DNA of 64,000 nucleotides from Akkermansiaceae bacterium UBA1315 (GTDB lineage Bacteria; Verrucomicrobiota; Verrucomicrobiia; Verrucomicrobiales; Akkermansiaceae): NCBI GenBank assembly GCA_002307065.1, contig DBTN01000037.1, positions 18,230 to 82,229 of the forward strand, read 5' to 3'. Shown piece by piece: positions 60,608 to 64,000 of this stretch (position 1 is its first letter; each line of letters starts with the position of its first letter). The notes under the pieces were generated by a model. It saw only the letters and a program-made list of their open reading frames with translations, ran no database searches and was not told where the DNA came from. The position numbers and the translations under genes were made by a program.

Positions 60608-61660
60608 ATGAATCGCCGACGCTTTCTTGAATCGTCCGTCGCCTTCGCGGCGCTCACCAGTCTGACCGGCTGCAGCAAAAACGCCTCGGCCTCCGCCGCC
60701 AAAACGCTGACGATTTTTACGTGGGCGGATTATCTCAGCGACGAAGCAAAAAGCCGTTTTGAAAAGGAATTCGACTGCAAACTTGTCATCGACACCTTCG
60801 ATTCAAACGAAGCGATGCTCGCGAAACTCGAAGCGGGTGCCACCGGTTACGACGTGCTCGTTCCCTCGTCCTACGCCGTCCGCATCCTCGGGCGCAAAGA
60901 ACTGATTCAGCCGCTGGATCATTCCAAGATCCCGAATCTTGGCAACATTGACAAAGATCACCTCGCCAAGGCGCTCGACCCCGCCATGAAGTGGTCCGTT
61001 CCTTACATGCTGGCCCCCACGTGCTTGGCCTATCTGGAATCGAAAGTCACCGAACCGGTTTCATCCTTCCGCATGCTCGATCGATCCGAGCTCAAAGGCC
61101 GCATCACCCTGCTCGATGACATGCGTGAAGTGATCGGCGCGGCGTTGAAATCGCTCGGATTTCCGCTCAATTCAACCGATCCCGAACAGCTTGCAAAAGC
61201 CGCCGATGTCGCAATCCGCTGGAAGCAGAACATCGCGAAATTCGAAAACGAACAGTATAAGTCGGGGATCGCGTCCGGCGAATTTTTCCTCGTTCAGGGG
61301 TATGCGGGCGATTTGTTGCAAGTCTCGGAGGAAAATCCGGACATGCGTATTTTCATTCCTGAAGAAGGCACCTCGCTTTCGTGTGACGACCTTTGCATCC
61401 CGAAAGAGGCGAAAAACGTCGAACTCGCCCACCAGTTCATCAATTTCCTCAATGATCCGGAAGTCGCTGCGGAAAACATGGAATGGATCGGTTTCCGCGC
61501 GCCAAACTCCGCCTCCTACCCGCACCTGACGGAGGATTTCCGAGGCAGCGGAATCCTTTTTCCTCCCGCCGCACTCTTCGCCAAATGTGAATTTATCGAC
61601 GACCTCGGCGAGCAGCTACCGCTCTGGACGAAAGAGTGGGATCGGATCAAAAACAGCTAA
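60608..61660 (+). CDS. potD: Polyamine-binding protein with twin-arginine signal and lipobox
   Basis: MNRRRFL...LTG-C; FTWADY, DSNEAM, DDMRE and PEEG...DDLCIPK motifs. Confidence 0.9.
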   Translation: MNRRRFLESSVAFAALTSLTGCSKNASASAAKTLTIFTWADYLSDEAKSRFEKEFDCKLVIDTFDSNEAMLAKLEAGATGYDVLVPSSYAVRILGRKELIQPLDHSKIPNLGNIDKDHLAKALDPAMKWSVPYMLAPTCLAYLESKVTEPVSSFRMLDRSELKGRITLLDDMREVIGAALKSLGFPLNSTDPEQLAKAADVAIRWKQNIAKFENEQYKSGIASGEFFLVQGYAGDLLQVSEENPDMRIFIPEEGTSLSCDDLCIPKEAKNVELAHQFINFLNDPEVAAENMEWIGFRAPNSASYPHLTEDFRGSGILFPPAALFAKCEFIDDLGEQLPLWTKEWDRIKNS

Positions 61661-61745
61661 ACCGGTCGAGAAAACAACCCTGAAGCAAAGCCGCGCGTTG
61701 GTAAGTCGCGGGCCTTGCCCCAAGGTTGCAACCGTCCGCAGAAAC

Positions 61746-62297
61746 TCACGCAGAGCGCCGCCATTCGCCGAAGCGATCGAATCCGCTGGCAACGGCTTCT
61801 CGGGAAAAAGCGAGCGGCCGCTTTTGATCCGCCCGATGATCCCGCAACAAGGGCGCGAACGCTTTCACATAAACCGCCGCACTGCGTGAACCGGTTTGAA
61901 CGCCAGCGGCCTTTTCGATTTCATTCCCGAAAAGGGTCAACGTTTCCTCAAGCAAATCGTCCAATTCCGACTGATCCAGCGGATCGGTGAAAACCGCCGC
62001 CAGCACGTCGTGAGCCGCTTGCGCCGCAGCGGCGAGTGCCGCTTCGAGAGCGGTGCCCGCCGAGATTTCCTTGAACAAATGCCCCGCGCTGGGATCGGTG
62101 ACCGAATGGATCGCATCGTGCACGGCCAGCAATCGGATGGAGCGGATACGCCCAGCGAGGATACGATTTTCGCGCAGCCGGTTCACAAACCGGGTCGTGA
62201 TGTGATCCCATGCGAGAACGACCGACTTGAGCTTTGGTGAAGATTCGGCGCTTGGGAAATGAATGAGTTGGAGAAATTCAGTATTTGGAAGGTTCAT
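61746..62297 (-). CDS. Stand-alone protein resembling the N-terminal helical domain of vanadium haloperoxidases
   Basis: VVLAW...LAVHDAIHSV...AAAAQAAHDVLAAVF...LD..L...K.AGV..G pattern; no catalytic HPxYPSGH domain. Confidence 0.6.
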   Translation of the reverse strand: MNLPNTEFLQLIHFPSAESSPKLKSVVLAWDHITTRFVNRLRENRILAGRIRSIRLLAVHDAIHSVTDPSAGHLFKEISAGTALEAALAAAAQAAHDVLAAVFTDPLDQSELDDLLEETLTLFGNEIEKAAGVQTGSRSAAVYVKAFAPLLRDHRADQKRPLAFSREAVASGFDRFGEWRRSA

Positions 62298-62315
62298 GAT
62301 TGGAAAAAGTAAGAT

Positions 62316-62360
62316 TGGAAAAAGGCGTGGATTTGCCGAGCGGAGGCAAAATCCATCCCC
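62316..62360 (-). terminator. Intrinsic terminator/attenuator hairpin upstream of the 183-aa gene
   Basis: Minus strand GGGGATGGATTTTGCC-TCCGCTC-GGCAAATCCACGCC followed by TTTTT. Confidence 0.65.
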
Positions 62361-62408
62361 AGGGAGGGGGTAAAACGGATCACCGAACGTCGGCGTTTCC
62401 GTGGGAAA

Positions 62409-62477
62409 TCAGGCACATCGACAGAATCCAGCCATCATGGCGGATCCGGTTCGAAAGATGGCACTGAAAGCTTTCAT
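62409..62477 (-). CDS. Putative 22-aa leader peptide MKAFSAIFRTGSAMMAGFCRCA
   Basis: Manual translation. Met-Met and Cys-x-Cys cluster near the stop; lies between a TTGACG -35-like box and the terminator. Confidence 0.55.
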   Translation of the reverse strand: MKAFSAIFRTGSAMMAGFCRCA

Positions 62478-62702
62478 GAAGAAAAATTGAAACCGCGCCC
62501 AGCTAACCGGTCGCTTGTTGAGGGAAGAAAACCGCTCAAAGGAACCATCGTCAAGAAATAAATTATCGAATTACTCATTTTAGTAATGTTTGTGTTATGC
62601 GGCGAGTTTCATTTGAGATCCGGTCAGAAGAAAAAAGGTCCGCCTTTCCAATCGGCCGCTGAGAGCTTGCGTGGGCGGGAGGTGTGCGCCATTCTCGCGG
62701 TT

Positions 62703-64000
62703 GTGAGAAAATGGCTGATCGGATTTTGCGCGTTGGCGCTGGCAGGAATGCCGGAGCGTTCGCACGCCGATGAACCGGCAGCGGAAACCCCGGGCGCCTC
62801 TGCGGCGAAAGTCGTCGTCATTCCGATCCGCGAACAAATCGCCAAACCCGAGCTCTACATTCTAAGGCGTGGCCTCAAAACGGCGATCGACCAACAGGTC
62901 GACACCATCGTCCTCGACATCAACACGCCGGGCGGACGAGTCGACGTGACGTTCGAAATTCTCAAAGCCCTGCAGAAATTTCCCGGAAAAACCATCGCCT
63001 ATGTGAACAGCGAAGCGATCTCCGCCGGTGCGCTGATTTCCGCCGGAACCGATGAAATCTATTTCGCGCCCGACGGCGTGATCGGGGCCGCAGCACCGGT
63101 CAATGGCGACGGCACGGACATCGAGGACACGATGAAATCCAAAGTCCTGAGCTATTTGAAAGCTCGCGTCCGCACCGTGACCGAGGACAAGGGCCATCGC
63201 AGTGAAGTCATTTCCGCGATGATCGATGCGGACTACGAATTAAAAATCGGCGACGAAATCATCAAGCCAAAGGGCGAATTGCTGTCGCTCACCGCCCGCG
63301 AAGCGGTGAAAGAATACGGCAATCCTGCCAAGCCCCTGTTGGGTGCCGGGATCGCGGAAAATATTGATGCCTTATTGGACCAACTTCACGGCGTGGGAAA
63401 TTATTCTGTGGAGCGGCTGGAAATCACCTGGTCGGAAAAAACCGCGCAGTATCTGACCAGTCTGGCTCCGATCCTGATGGCGGCAGGAATGCTTTTGCTG
63501 TTCATCGAGTTCAAAACCCCCGGCTTCGGGTTTTTCGGAATCGGCGGCGGTGCCTTGCTGGCCATCGTGTTCTTCGGGCATTTCGTCGCGGGTCTGTCCG
63601 GACATGAACCGGCGCTCTTTTTCGCGCTGGGCGTGGCGTTGGTCGTCGTCGAAATTTTCTTTTTCCCCGGCAGCGTCGCATTCGGTCTCGCGGGTGCCGC
63701 GCTCATGTTGGGCTCGCTGGTCTGGTCCATGGCCGATCTTTGGCCGAGCGAGCCGATCGTTTTTTCCGGAGAAATTTTTGTCGGCCCCTTGGTCAGCGTA
63801 TTGACCGGCGTGCTTTTGGCGGTCGTGGTTTTCTTGCTGATCATGAGGTTTTTACCCCATGGCGGACTTTGGGGAAAAATGGTGCTCGATGCTGCCGTCG
63901 GCGGAGAACCGGTCAATCATCGCCCGCTGGGAAATGAAGCCGGAACGTTGATCGGAAAAACCGGCCTGGCCGTCACCGCTCTGTTCCCAAGCGGCCAAGT
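62703..64000 (+). CDS. nfeD: NfeD family membrane-bound serine protease (ClpP class), partial at the window end
   Basis: Manual translation: VVVIPIREQI, LDINTPGGRVD, AISAGALI, IGAAAP and EFKTPGFG motifs. Confidence 0.9.
   Translation, partial: MRKWLIGFCALALAGMPERSHADEPAAETPGASAAKVVVIPIREQIAKPELYILRRGLKTAIDQQVDTIVLDINTPGGRVDVTFEILKALQKFPGKTIAYVNSEAISAGALISAGTDEIYFAPDGVIGAAAPVNGDGTDIEDTMKSKVLSYLKARVRTVTEDKGHRSEVISAMIDADYELKIGDEIIKPKGELLSLTAREAVKEYGNPAKPLLGAGIAENIDALLDQLHGVGNYSVERLEITWSEKTAQYLTSLAPILMAAGMLLLFIEFKTPGFGFFGIGGGALLAIVFFGHFVAGLSGHEPALFFALGVALVVVEIFFFPGSVAFGLAGAALMLGSLVWSMADLWPSEPIVFSGEIFVGPLVSVLTGVLLAVVVFLLIMRFLPHGGLWGKMVLDAAVGGEPVNHRPLGNEAGTLIGKTGLAVTALFPSGQ

Noticed and set aside
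62300-62520. SAM riboswitch
   Set aside because: Conserved SAM-I/SAM-II sequence cores not found; a leader-peptide model fits better.

Overview
Bacterial chromosomal window. It is most likely Verrucomicrobia (Luteolibacter-like); this is inferred from the PEP-CTERM gene, the DxDxDG...W-E modules and the protein styles. Most of it is housekeeping and transport: ccoS-ccoN, holA, tadA, ilvD with a divergent LysR, rpe, rph, a K+ channel, proB/proA, prfB with the +1 frameshift, nth, aroK, sua5, two peptide ABC operons, uup, potABCD, nfeD and a tRNA(CAT). Accessory content: (1) a 2827-aa signal-peptide-bearing SpvB/FG-GAP/RHS polymorphic toxin with a HExxH cargo and an AT-rich lipoprotein immunity candidate; (2) two intact toxin-antitoxin pairs and one apparent orphan antitoxin placed inside or between housekeeping operons; (3) a ~3 kb foreign-looking segment at the tRNA 3' end; (4) several REP-like and heptamer repeat families. 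Best novelty candidates: a 22-aa Met/Cys-tipped leader peptide plus terminator upstream of a stand-alone haloperoxidase N-terminal-like domain; the palindrome ACCGGT iterated through native DNA and missing from recent acquisitions (HIP1-like); the Sec-type Rhs toxin architecture; and a coupled uORF ahead of potA. All motif counts were made by eye and no database searches were run.
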